This document shows positions 40,601 to 51,600 of a stretch of DNA of 64,000 bases, piece by piece. Position numbers and translations under genes: made by a program. The notes beneath the pieces are model-generated. The model did not search any database and was not told the DNA's origin. It worked only from the letters and a program-made list of their open reading frames with translations. This stretch comes from Podarcis melisellensis (Eukaryota). The stretch is from NCBI GenBank assembly GCA_964234715.1, contig OZ174275.1, one strand, 5' to 3'. How positions within the stretch are numbered: the first letter of the stretch is position 1; every line of letters begins with the position of its first letter.

Positions 40601-43152
40601 ATTGGATACAACACCGTCTATTTTAGTTGTCACTGTACCAAAGAGTGGGTTAGTCAAATATTTCCCTTATATTCAGCATGGTTTGATTAATTTTTATGCT
40701 ATCTGTCACATTTTCGTTTTTTTCCCTTGAAGCTTCCTGATTTTGCTTTTCCTTAAATGAGAAAGTTCAATACATTTGTCTCTGATAGTATGTGATGTTC
40801 TAATCAGTTACATTAAAAATGAATATTTTAATATATCTTTATATATAATATAACATACTCACTATGGCTGAGATGTAAACAACATAGACACCAGTTCAGA
40901 TTTCACCTTGGCTACAAGCTCAGTCACTAGGTAATATTAGGTAAGCCACACTTTTTCAGCGTAAACACCTATCTACAATCTTTGCGATAAAGACCTGTCA
41001 AGTAGGATTATTAGCAAGTTTACAATGCTTTGAACACACTATAAGCACTATATGAATGATAAGTATTACTTGAATGCTCAGGCAAAATTTATTTCACTGA
41101 AAGTGAACAGTGTAAAATACATTCAAGACATTCTAAGACCATAAATGAAATGTTCTCAGTTCAGTTTGGACACACGGCTATTGTAAATTGTAATTAAAGT
41201 TAAGCATGGATTTAGCATGTTATGCTGCCTGTCCATCTGACTCATAATCAGTGCATGTTACAACTATCTCTGTCAACTCAGCACACAACACTTAAGAGAG
41301 CTCTTACAGATCTCTTGGCCAAGACTGGGAATGCCCAGTTCCAGAGCAGGAAGGTATCTCTCTAGATACCTCAACATTTACCCAAATCAACCCAAAAATC
41401 TGTGTGCACGTACCAATGAAACCCACCTTTTCTCACATGTATGAGGTAAGAGTTCTGATATTTGGGCAAGGTGTTATTGCAATTCAGAGGCATGGTGGTT
41501 GACATGGGTGTACTTACTGGAAAGCGGGGAGAGGATTATTTTGTCAGAAAACTGACCTACCCAACTGCTACAGTGTTGAGCGCTTTTCCTCTTCTGTGAT
41601 GTCTGACAGGGGTGCCTCCGAGGGCTCACTCAAGGGATTCCTCCGACTCAGTAGATGGCCGTGCCACTCCGACAGAGAATGCTGTGCCGCCGCCACGCAT
41701 TGAGAAGCCTCCTGTGTTGCCTTTCTTCAACCGCCCTCCTTCTGCGCTTCCTCTCATGGGGCTTCCACCTCCACCCATACCACCCCCTCCTCTTTCCTCA
41801 AGCTTTGGGGTTCCCCCTCCCCCTCCAGGAATCCACTACCAACACCTCATGCCCCCTCCCCCTCGACTTCCTCCACACCTCACTGTGCCACCTCCTGGGG
41901 CCGTGCCACCTGCGCTGCACCTCAACCCAGCCTTCTTCCCCCCACCCAATGCAGCAATGGGGCCCCCGCCAGACACCTATAACAAGACCTCTGCAGCATA
42001 CAACCACAGCAGGTGAGAGCAAGCCCATTCCCAGGAATCTGAAGGAAAAAAAATCAAAACTAAGCAGTGCAAAGAACAGTAGCTAAGCCTCTTGTTTAGC
42101 AAGGCTGCAGACCTAATTCTCCAGGGGCTTAGTTATTTAGTTTTTATGCAAAGAGTGATGGTTCGACTAGACATGAAACCACTTTCTCGTTGGTGGTAGA
42201 AAATGCCTTGCATAGCTCTAGGGCACGACAGCTGACAACTTGGTTCTTAAAGGATGCTACTTAATGTCTGCTTTGGGGAGGAGGGCAGTACCTGGTCAAC
42301 CACACCTTGCTGTTTTGAAAGGCCTTGAATTGCCATGTCTATGAATAAGGAACCGTGTCATAGTTCTGCTTGAAGCTGTTTATCCTCTGTGTGTGATGGG
42401 TGTGTGTTTGTGTTCTACAGCCGGGAACTGGGCCCTTTGCCACCTCCTGTCAGTGAAGCTGAATTTGAAGATATCATGAACAGGAATCGAGCAATTTCCA
42501 GCAGTGCCATTTCCAAAGCTGTGTCTGGTGCCAGTGCAGGTAACCAGAGCTGGCTTTTGCTACATCTTGCCATTTCTCGCTCCTGGCCTCATTCTTACCA
42601 TGCCGCCTTTGCCCTGTTATATTTCAGGGGACTACAGCGATGCCATTGAGACCCTGCTCACAGCCATCGCTGTGATTAAACAGTCACGTGTCGCAAATGA
42701 TGAGCGGTGTAGAGTCCTTATCTCTTCACTCAAGGATTGTCTTCATGGCATTGAAGCCAAGTCTTACAGCATGGGCACCAGCAGCAGCTCCTCCAGGTGA
42801 GCTTCAGGCACAGTTATTGCCAAGTCATCCAGCTACTGTCACTCATGTTGCTGATGAGCGAGTCTCAGTTGTGCTCTGGTCCCCTTCCTGGGCTTTGTAC
42901 AGCCAGGTAGGAATAAGTGCTTTTGGTAGGGGAAAGGGTCTTGTTACAGCTTGCCAGTAACTAGATACCTCATTGTTTTCCAGAAAACGGCACCGGTCTC
43001 GGGATAGATCACCCAGTCGGTCTCGTGAGAGCAGTAGGAGGCACCGAGACGTCGTCCATAATGAAGATCGGCATGAGGACTATTTCCAGGAAAGAAGCCG
43101 GGAGCATGAGCGACATAGAGACAGGGACAGAGAAAGAGACCGACATCACTGA
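25627..43152 (+). CDS. CPSF7: Cleavage and polyadenylation specificity factor 7 (CFIm59), 460 aa
   Basis: Exons 25627-25680, 34629-34847, 35786-35889, 37394-37539, 41610-42012, 42421-42539, 42628-42796, 42984-43152 (1383 nt). [18 protein letters not shown] start, RRM ([16 protein letters not shown]...[17 protein letters not shown]), Pro-rich region, [29 protein letters not shown], and an RS/RE tail ending RDRHH*. Confidence 0.98.
34629..34847 (+). CDS. CPSF7: CPSF7 coding exon 2
   Basis: ttctag|[17 protein letters not shown]...AVYVGSFSW|gtgagt. Confidence 0.96.
35657..35723 (+). repeat. Local 30-bp tandem duplication
   Basis: GAGAAGGATGAGTTCTCTTACTAATATAAG at 35657-35686 and 35694-35723. 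Confidence 0.9.
35786..35889 (+). CDS. CPSF7: CPSF7 coding exon 3
   Basis: catag|[36 protein letters not shown]|gtgagc. Confidence 0.96.
36809..37055 (+). mobile_element. Full-length tRNA-derived squamate SINE (Squam3-like)
   Basis: tRNA-like head with A box TGGTGTAGTGG and B box GGTTCGCGTCT, CORE-like GTGACCTTGGGCCAGTCAC, CT-rich tail. Confidence 0.8.
37394..37539 (+). CDS. CPSF7: CPSF7 coding exon 4
   Basis: ccag|[22 protein letters not shown]...FEAQARK A|gtaagt. Confidence 0.96.
41610..42012 (+). CDS. CPSF7: CPSF7 coding exon 5 (Pro-rich)
   Basis: gacag|[13 protein letters not shown]...YNHS AG|gtgaga. Confidence 0.95.
42421..42539 (+). CDS. CPSF7: CPSF7 coding exon 6
   Basis: ctacag|[40 protein letters not shown]|gtaacc. 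Confidence 0.96.
42628..42796 (+). CDS. CPSF7: CPSF7 coding exon 7
   Basis: tttcag|[46 protein letters not shown]...|gtgagc. Confidence 0.96.
42984..43152 (+). CDS. CPSF7: CPSF7 last coding exon (RS/RE domain)
   Basis: ttccag|[22 protein letters not shown]...RERDRHH*; donor gtgaga 5 nt after the stop. Confidence 0.96.
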
Positions 43153-43620
43153 GAGAAGTGAGAGATCTTTCCAGGGTGCTTTACCTTTCCCATCCCCTCC
43201 AGCCCCACCCAGTGTATTTTCCTTTCCGAATAGAGCACCCAAGAGTATCATCCCTCTTGTAGATGCTGGCTAGGTAAGGTTGCTTTCCCTTATGCTCTGG
43301 AAGACTTTCCATGGCATAATCTCACACTTCTCTTCAGTGAGTGGACTGGTCATGCATGGATCTTAAGCTACCAGGGCAAATACATATTGTATTGTGTTCT
43401 CCATGCAGTATGTTCTGCTAGGTAAGATTTTTCAAAAATAAGGGAGTTGTCTGCTCCCTGATTGACTTGCACTTTGAGTACATGCTTGAGCTGTTTATTT
43501 TTTAACTTTGTAGATTTTTAGTATATTCAGCTGGGCTCTAAATAACTATGTGTCTCAGGCCAACTATGCAACTTTGTTAGGGTACTTTTCCTTATTCCTT
43601 GTACTGTGACCAGTGGATTG

Positions 43621-44359
43621 CCGTATTTTTCGCTCCATAAGACATACTTTTTTCTTCCTAAAAGGTAACGGGGAAATGTCTGTGTCTTATGGAGTGAATG
43701 TGTGGTCCCTGGAGCCGAATTGCCCAGGGGTGAAAAGCAGATCATGATTTATTTATTTTTGAAAGAGGGAAGTGGGTGTTGAAACAAAGCTGCTGATCGA
43801 CAAGCGATTGGGAGATAAGGGACGCTAACAATAAAGGAGGCTGTCTGGGAGGGGGGAGGTAAAGACAGCGAACTTGCAAGGAGAGGAGATAGGAAGACTA
43901 AAGCAATGAGGAGAGAAATTAGAAGAAAAGGAGAAGCAAAAAATTGCTCCAGCTAAGGAAAAGACACTAAGGCAAACAAGAGGGAAGGGAGTATTGAAAG
44001 GAAGCAGCTGATTGGCAAGCAATCAGGAGAGAGATAAGGGACGCTAGTGATAAAGGAGGGGGGAGGTAAAAGCCCATGGATCCTCAGGATTTTTGCATTG
44101 GGTCACCCGAAATTCACCATCAGATCACATTGCATGTCCATGGCTACAGCCTGCACCAAAAAAAATCCCGCACCCACTGTTGTGTGGGGCTGCAATGGTG
44201 CAAAAATGTGGTTACAAAGCACAGATCCACATGGATCAAGAATTTTGCATTGTGGCCACAGCATGAACCACAAAAATCATACATCCACTGTTTCGTTCAG
44301 ACTTTTTTTTTCTTGTTTTCCTCTGAAAACTAGGTGTGCCTTATGGAGCGAAACTACGG
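43621..44359. mobile_element. Non-autonomous Tc1/mariner-type (Tigger-like) element
   Basis: TIRs CCGTATTTTTCGCTCCATAAG / CTTATGGAGCGAAACTACGG; internal duplicated block GGAGATAAGGGACGCTA; lies in the CPSF7 3' UTR intron. Confidence 0.75.
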
Positions 44360-45460
44360 TGTTTCCGTAGGTTAGAATCAGATGCCCTGGTAAATGTGTC
44401 AAGGGCCCAGTCTATATATTGCAATAAGCCATGGTTACTGTGAACTAGTAGCATGCTAATGCAAACTGCTCAGTAGCTGCCAGTTTGCTGCTGCCCTGCC
44501 ATGAATGACAGCAATAATCTGATCAAGACACAATCCACAAGCCAAAATTTGTTCTTGACTTACTGACCATTGTTCAAGAGAAACAAGCTGTGATTCCAAT
44601 GTGCATGTTAATGACAAGCCAATCTCCATGGCTTATTGCTCCATGCCATGGGAGAAGCGAAGTGGGAGTGCTTGGGCAGTTTTGTTTTTAAGTTTGTGCA
44701 GAAAGCTACTTTTGCCCTTCCGGATTGTATTGATTGTGTCTGAGGCTGTACCTCTGTAAGCATTAAACTCAGATTCAGTCATCATTGGTGTGTTTGATTT
44801 ATGGAATCCCTGATGAGCCGAGCTATGACTCACAGACGTAACTATCTCTTTGAAGAGTTTTTACCGTCTCTGTGTTCATGTTTGCTGGTCTTGTTTGCCT
44901 TTTTGTAAAGCAAACCAATAAACCCACCAACAAATCCAACTGACTTATATTACTTTGAATTCTTAGACCTAGCATAAGGGAGAGAAATTGCAAAATAATA
45001 ATAATAATAAAAATAGTTCAGATCTTTTATTTCAAGAGGGGCATCACAGACTAGTATTGGTAGAATAACTTCTCTAACTTGAAAATCAGCCAATTTTTTC
45101 CAGTGGCAATCTGCCTTGGGTGCCCTGGAATAAAAAGTGGAGTAGAAACTACAAAAATAAGTAGAACATAGCCTTGCAATCTCACCACCCTCTTTGCTTT
45201 ATGAATGTGACTAGCACCTAAGGTGGCGATGAGTCTGACTTGAGAGTAAGTTTGATTCAGTGGATAAAGTGCTGAGTCTAGTCCAGTTCAACCATGAGCT
45301 AACACAAGCCTGTAGCTTTGGTTCCCTATTGCATGTGGAAATAACTCTGAATTCCCCATGGAGTTACAGTCCAGGGTTAATGGGCAAAATTCTCAACAAA
45401 CCTCTTTTAAAGTGCTATAGAACTTACTAGCGTTTCCAATTTTGTTTTGTCTCTTTTTAG

Positions 45461-47435
45461 GAGCGTGGGAAGCATTCAGTGTTTTTATGGACTCTGATCT
45501 CCTCTCCTTAATCAAGACTAAAATATGGAGGCTTCTCCACCCCCTCCTTCCCACTGCCCTCTGCTCTTTCCGGACCCCTTGGAAGGGACTTTGCCTGCAG
45601 AACTCCATCTGGCACACCATGGTATTGGAACCTGAGCTCTGCCTGTGTGCTGTTGCTGCTGCTTGATGGAGAAGCACTGAATGACTTGGAGGGGGGGGGG
45701 TTGGTTGTCTGAGCCACCGTGACCAGGGGGCCACTTCAATCCATGGATTCTTGGACCCAAAGAGAATGGTGCTTTCCACAGAGGTCTCTCGCCTCTTTCC
45801 TTTCCGTGGCTTTTTTAGGAGCACTGGGGAAGGAGCCCATCCAGCTCGTCTCCTGCGAGAAAAACTGGTGCTTCAGCACAGTATGAGATGTCTGACCCTA
45901 TTCTCCCCGGAACTCGTGTCCACGGTCCACACTGCATTGTTTTCTTAGGCATCGAGGCATCCATTCCTCCTTAAATCTGATCCTTTTTCCAAAGCAGCTT
46001 CAGTCTCGCCCTCCAGCACCGTTGTACACAGCTTAGAAAACAGTATTTCCCTGCTAGGATGGAAGGCAGGCTGGCTGCTTCTTCGGGTCACCCCTCTTCT
46101 CCCTTCCTCCTTTAGTTGCGGGAAAATGTCACCTCCTTTCTACCTGGCTTCTTCTAGAGGGGCCTCCGTTGGTCAACCAGCTCGCAACGTTGAATCTCCC
46201 TTAAAAAATAGATCTGGCTACTGCAGGTCCGCTTTCCACTGATTTGCTAACCATTTTCCTCGCTTTGTTTCATGCAATAGCTGCTCCAGTTGTAACTTCT
46301 GATGTAAACCTTTGTTTCTGGGGCCAGCCCCTCCCAGATTGCCGCCTTCCTTGTTGTAGAGGAAGTGTTGTGAACGGAGACCATAGAATGGAACGGGGCA
46401 AAGTCAAGCTGGGGCTACCTGGAAGTTACCGAATGCAGCACACCCTAAGCATTTTTAAAATTCTATGTGATGTACTTGTTGAACGTGTTGATTTAAGGTC
46501 CAGAGCTTTCCTTGGCCCCAGCCTCCTTTTAAAAGGAGTTCCTTTTTGGAGTGGTTCACTCATGAGTTTGCTTCAGATAGCACCATACCTCACTGATCTC
46601 TGGCATGCCAGTCTAGGGAGACGATTAGAGACAGTGGGAGGCGTCTCTTCACACCACCATATTTAGCCGTGTTATGTAATCGTAAGTAGGGTTTCTGGAG
46701 CCACTCTAGTCACCAGGCAGCCCTTTGAGACCAGTTGCAGCAAAAACCTGCTTGTTCGGAGCATTATGGGACAAAAGCACCTGCAGAGTTCTTGATTAAG
46801 CTCTCATCTTTGAGTTGCAACCCTTCGGGTGTTCATTTTCAGCTTTCATTGCTCCATCCTAGCCTGAGCACCCAGTTACTTAAAATCAAGGTAACACGTT
46901 ACACCCTGGAATATGCAGTCTCCAGCAACTGGATCTCGGTGGTGAGGCCAAGCATCTGTTGTGTTCATGAACACTTAATGTGATTGTTCAGCTGCATGGT
47001 GAAGCCTCCCTTGTAGAAGGACCCTGTTTTGTCTCACAGAACAATATTGTGGACTAAGGCGGAGGGGGTGGTGTCTGGCAAAGGATGTTCTTGTGTGATG
47101 TGGCACCTCCTTTTGTACTGTTGATCACAGAGGTGCTCAGCTCTAAATGTGGTTTTTAAAAAAAATAAAACGGGGAAAGTTGTGTAAGCAATGGAGTGAC
47201 AACTTAAACTGTAAAATATATTAAAAATTGATGATTGGAAAAGTTGCTTTTTACATAATGGACATTTTTAGTTTGTTTTGAAATAATGGAAGTAAGAAAA
47301 GAAAGAAATGGAACAACAGAAACATAGCCTTGGTTCCTCTCAACTCACCCACCCCTGTTCTTCGTGATTTGATTTGTTTGTCTTTTTCTGATAGGTTGGA
47401 AATTGTGTAATAAACTTGATGATATTGTCAATCTT
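45461..47435 (+). other. CPSF7: CPSF7 terminal non-coding (3' UTR) exon
   Basis: Strong acceptor ttttgttttgtctctttttag| at 45460 pairs with the donor at 43158. AATAAA at 47164-47169 and 47409-47414, with a U/GU-rich downstream element. End is approximate. Confidence 0.7.
47409..47414 (+). terminator. Probable CPSF7 poly(A) signal
   Basis: AATAAA flanked by TGTA motifs, with U-rich sequence downstream. Confidence 0.65.
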
Positions 47436-48254
47436 TTATACTGCATTGTATGGCTTCTTTTCATTTTGTAACTATTTTGAATCCTGGGTGAGCTGTTTTC
47501 TAGAATCTCCACTAAATATGAGCAGGGGGGGATGGAAAAGAAGATAGATAGATAAGACAGGTGCCATATTTTGGCTGGGTAGTAGCCCTTGTACAGCCAT
47601 GGTTTTATGTATTGCTAAACTAGTTCCAAACCCACTTTATGTACACAGATTAAAATGATTTTTTAAAAGCTTCTATCTCTCAGTCATCTCCATTTAAAGG
47701 GGAGTGTCTGGTAGCAAGCCAAGGAAAGATTTGAGACCCTTGAGAATTTCTGCCAGTGTGAAATCAGTACACTGAATGAAGATTCGATGCTCAGCATCAT
47801 TTTAAGTAGCTCCTTTAAAAAATATTTGCTCTGGAAAACGTGAACAGAAATCACAGGTTTCATAAAAAGGGATAAGCATTATGCTGAACAGAGATGGGGA
47901 AATGAAGCCACGGTGGAAACAGATGAAACTCAAACCCTTTGAAAGGGGATTGTGCCTTTCGCGTGAAATTGAATATTACAGGCAAGGAAATATAATAGCA
48001 TATAAGGGCTTTCTGTCTATGGCAGGAAAAGGTTCAGTTACAAGAATATTGTCCTGATTGCTAGTGGTATTCAGTGAAATGTTTCTGGGGATCATAGGCT
48101 TGCCCAGATGGTTTGTGTTTCACCTTCCTGAAGGTTTGTCATACAAGGGCATTTGCCTGTGACTGGCGGGTGAGGTGGTAGTACTTTCAGAATGCAGCTT
48201 GAGTGGTGAACAGTCTGTGGGAGGGGCTTCATGCTGAGTGGGTGGGTTTACCTG

Positions 48255-48267
48255 GTTGCTAGGTGAT
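48255..48267. promoter_or_regulatory. RFX X-box-like motif upstream of the fascin-like gene
   Basis: GTTGCTAGGTGAT (reverse complement ATCACCTAGCAAC), ~95 bp before the ATG. Confidence 0.45.
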
Positions 48268-48360
48268 GATTGTGATCTAAGGGACCAGGATTAATCTCAA
48301 GTGAGCCCAGATAACTGGTCTGATGAATGGGTACCATTCAAGTCTCTTGTTATTCTCACC

Positions 48361-48666
48361 ATGACATACTCACTAGAATTTGGCCTTGTTAATGCGGCCA
48401 ACCGGTACCTGACTGCTGAACCTTTCCGTTTCCAGGTGGCAGCCACAGGCAAGCAACTGAAGCCTCGCCAGTTGTGGGTACTGCAGTTTGTGAGCCCACA
48501 GGGAGCTGGGGCAGCTGGCCCAGGAGAAGGGGCTGGCCAAAAGCTTCACCTGATCAGTGCACTGAAACGCTACTTGGCGGCTGACGCAAATGGAAAAGTC
48601 ACCTGTGACCAGGACAAACCAGGGCCTCAGACCTTCTTTCTCTTGCATCAGTATCCAGATGGCAAG
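48361..48666 (+). CDS. Fascin-like exon 1
   Basis: Good Kozak ACCATGA; MTYSLEFGLVNAANRYLTAEPF...HQYPDGK|gtgctg. Confidence 0.9.
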
Positions 48667-51600
48667 GTGCTGTCTCTCACCCAGGCACAAGCATCCTATC
48701 TCTCAAGTGTAGCTTATGTCCGATATTATCGGGCTGGAATTCTGGACAAAGAGGGTTGGGTGTGGTTGGGTGGGTGAGACGGAGGGCAGAAGGTAGGAAA
48801 ACAATGCTTAAAGTTGCCTCAATAGGGCCTCAATAGGGCCTATTCCGCTATTGCCCAAATGTGGGCCTCTTGTTTTGCTTACAAATGTTTTTTACAATTA
48901 AGAGGCAGAAATGAGGGCAGAATTGAGCTTGATTTGCAGACTAGTTTGCTGTGGTGAGAAGCAGGGTCTTTTCTTAGTGTGCAAGTTTTTAGATTCTTAT
49001 GGGTAAGTCCAGGCAGCAGATTCCTGTAAAGTGCATCAGGAAGAGTGTAAAATGTCCCTGGACTTCCCCCACCCCACCCCCATGGTCTCCTTGGGAAGCC
49101 AGTCACATGAGCCAAAGCTCTTTGCCCCTGTCGGCCAAACAGTATGATAGTCAGCCACTATGGGCTGAAGGGGAGAGAATGTGTTTGAATAGCTTATTTG
49201 AGTCCCTGTGCCTGGTGTATCCTTCAAGGTGCCCTAGCCACTTCCCATCCACAACTGGAAACAACTGTTGCACAATGGAACTTGGGTGATCATGGCAACT
49301 CCATAAGCCCAAAGGTGTAACGTAATTGGTGTAATGATACCTGAATGTTATTCTGCCGTGTTCTTTGCTCTCATTGAGACTGTTCCTGCTTTTCTTGTCT
49401 TGGGCAATGTAGCTGACCAGACATCCTTCCCTCCCTGCAGGTGTCCTTGCAAAATGAACAGTCCAAGCGCTACCTGGGTGGAGCAGAGGACAACGTCACT
49501 TGCTTTGCCCAGGCTGCCACCGAAACTGAAAAATGGACCCTCCACCTGGCTGTGCACCCCAATGTTGCCATGTACAACCCCAACAGGAAGCGTTATGTGC
49601 GGTGTGATGATAAAACAGGGGTGCTGCGCTGTGACCGTGACATGCCCTGGGGAGCTGAATCAGTCATCACTATCTACTATGATTTCAGAGGTGGGTGGTG
49701 GCATTTTCCTATTTTGTTTTCAATTGATATGTGCATTTTTCTCTCTAATACTGTAACACACATCTCCCCCCCCCCTTTTTGGGGGGAGCGTGTTAAAGAA
49801 GCAAAAAATTCTGCTGTAGGGTTTCTCACACACAGACACAGTTGCAGATGAGGACTTATAGCTACCATACTAACAAGAAAGTTGCTTCTTCTGAACTAAG
49901 GATTGTTTAAAGTTTTCTGTTATCCTCTCCAACTATGGAGCAGACACCTGGGGTAAGTCTGAACACCTGGAAAGACTTGAGAAATTTGAGAGATGGAGAA
50001 AGTCTGTACCGGTCACAGGCTTTCTCCTCTCACAGTGAGAAAGTTGCTACTTTATTCTACAGATGTTTGTCTGCTTGTGATTTTACCTATACATGAGGAT
50101 TTCTAAGTGCTACAGGTGGGTGGGGTGGCCTGGGAAGGCAGTAAGTGCTTCTAAGTGGAAGGTCTTAATTCAAAAAGTTTGAGTGACACTGCCTTATTTA
50201 CACATCTCTATCCAAAAGCCACCCAAGAACCTTCTAAGATAGTCCTCTGTTATTGATGTGTGAAAAAGTTCAGTTTGAGTCATTTGCATCTCCTCCAATA
50301 GGTCTGGAGTCCAATGGTGAGAGAAGGCAATTTTCCCCATACATACCAGGTGAATTCAAATTCTGTTTACCCAAGAAGTCACTGTGGCTGGCAGGAATTT
50401 TGGTTTCCTTAACATCATTAATTAGCTTGGGTAATTCTTAGAACTACTAATTGCCCTATGCAAGACTTTCTGGTAAGTTAGACACCAGTGCAAACTTTCC
50501 AAATAAGACAAGAAAGGGAATTGTCTGTACAGAGAAGTTTCCAAGTGCAAATCCTCTTTCCTGACCGTATTAATGTTGGAGGTTCCCCACTCTCTCACAC
50601 ACACTTTTAAGTGAAATTGCACACTAGGCTAAAGAATCTAATACAACCAGTTTTTAAAACACACATGTATTATGGATAAAGGTGTGTATTAGTGCAGATG
50701 AGAACATTACTTCAATCCCAATCTCAGCCTGCATGTGCCCATGGCACATCTCACTATACCTGGGTTGGGGCAATGGCCTCTAGCTTTATCAAGCACACAC
50801 ATAAACCCCCAAAGTAACTATGCAAGAAAAATAGGGTGTAATCTACGAGGAAACAAATGCAGTGTCAGCACCACCAACGCTGTACAAAGCTGAGACCCAA
50901 TGAACGTCAACTTGCCCATCAGAACAAAGCACAGGGGGCTGTTTACACACATGTACAAATGATATATGAGATTCTGGGCAAGGGAAATACAATGGGAAAT
51001 GTTAAGGGCGAACAGGACTAGGGTACTCTAAAGGGTTGGTGTTTGGAACTGCAGGCAGGGTGGGCCTGTGTGGCAATTCTGCAGTGAAACAAGCATCAAC
51101 TCTGATGCTACTTTGTAAGACAGTTGATTTGAAGATTGTTTTCCAGGACTAAACATCAAGCTGCTGTCAACCTCTCATTTCTCTCGCCTTTGTCTCCAGC
51201 AAAGAAGTATGGATTGAGGAATGGGGCTGGCAAACTGTTGGCTTCCAATGGCTCACTGGTGCCAGATGTTACCCCACAAACGTTGTACTCCCTGGAGGTG
51301 CATGGCGGCTTGGTCGCTCTGCGGGATGAGGAGGGAAAGTACTTGACTGGGCGAGAGGGTAGCATGAGAACCGTAAAGATGGACAAACCTGGACGGGAGG
51401 AACTCTTCAGCATGGAATCTAGCCCTGCCCAGGTCTCTATGCGCTCTTCTTCTACTAACAAGTTCATTTGCTGCAGGCCAGGTAAGTCAGGAGAAAACAG
51501 CACTATCTATATTGCATTGCACTTTGTGAAGCCTCTGAAGCTGATTGGCTGTTCCTGTCTGATGAGATAGAATGTTTGTGATCATTCCACCTGCTCGGAA

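Noticed and set aside
48301-48360. N-terminal extension of the fascin-like ORF suggested by the ORF track
   Set aside because: It starts at GTG. The ATG at 48361 has a good Kozak context and matches the fascin N-terminus.
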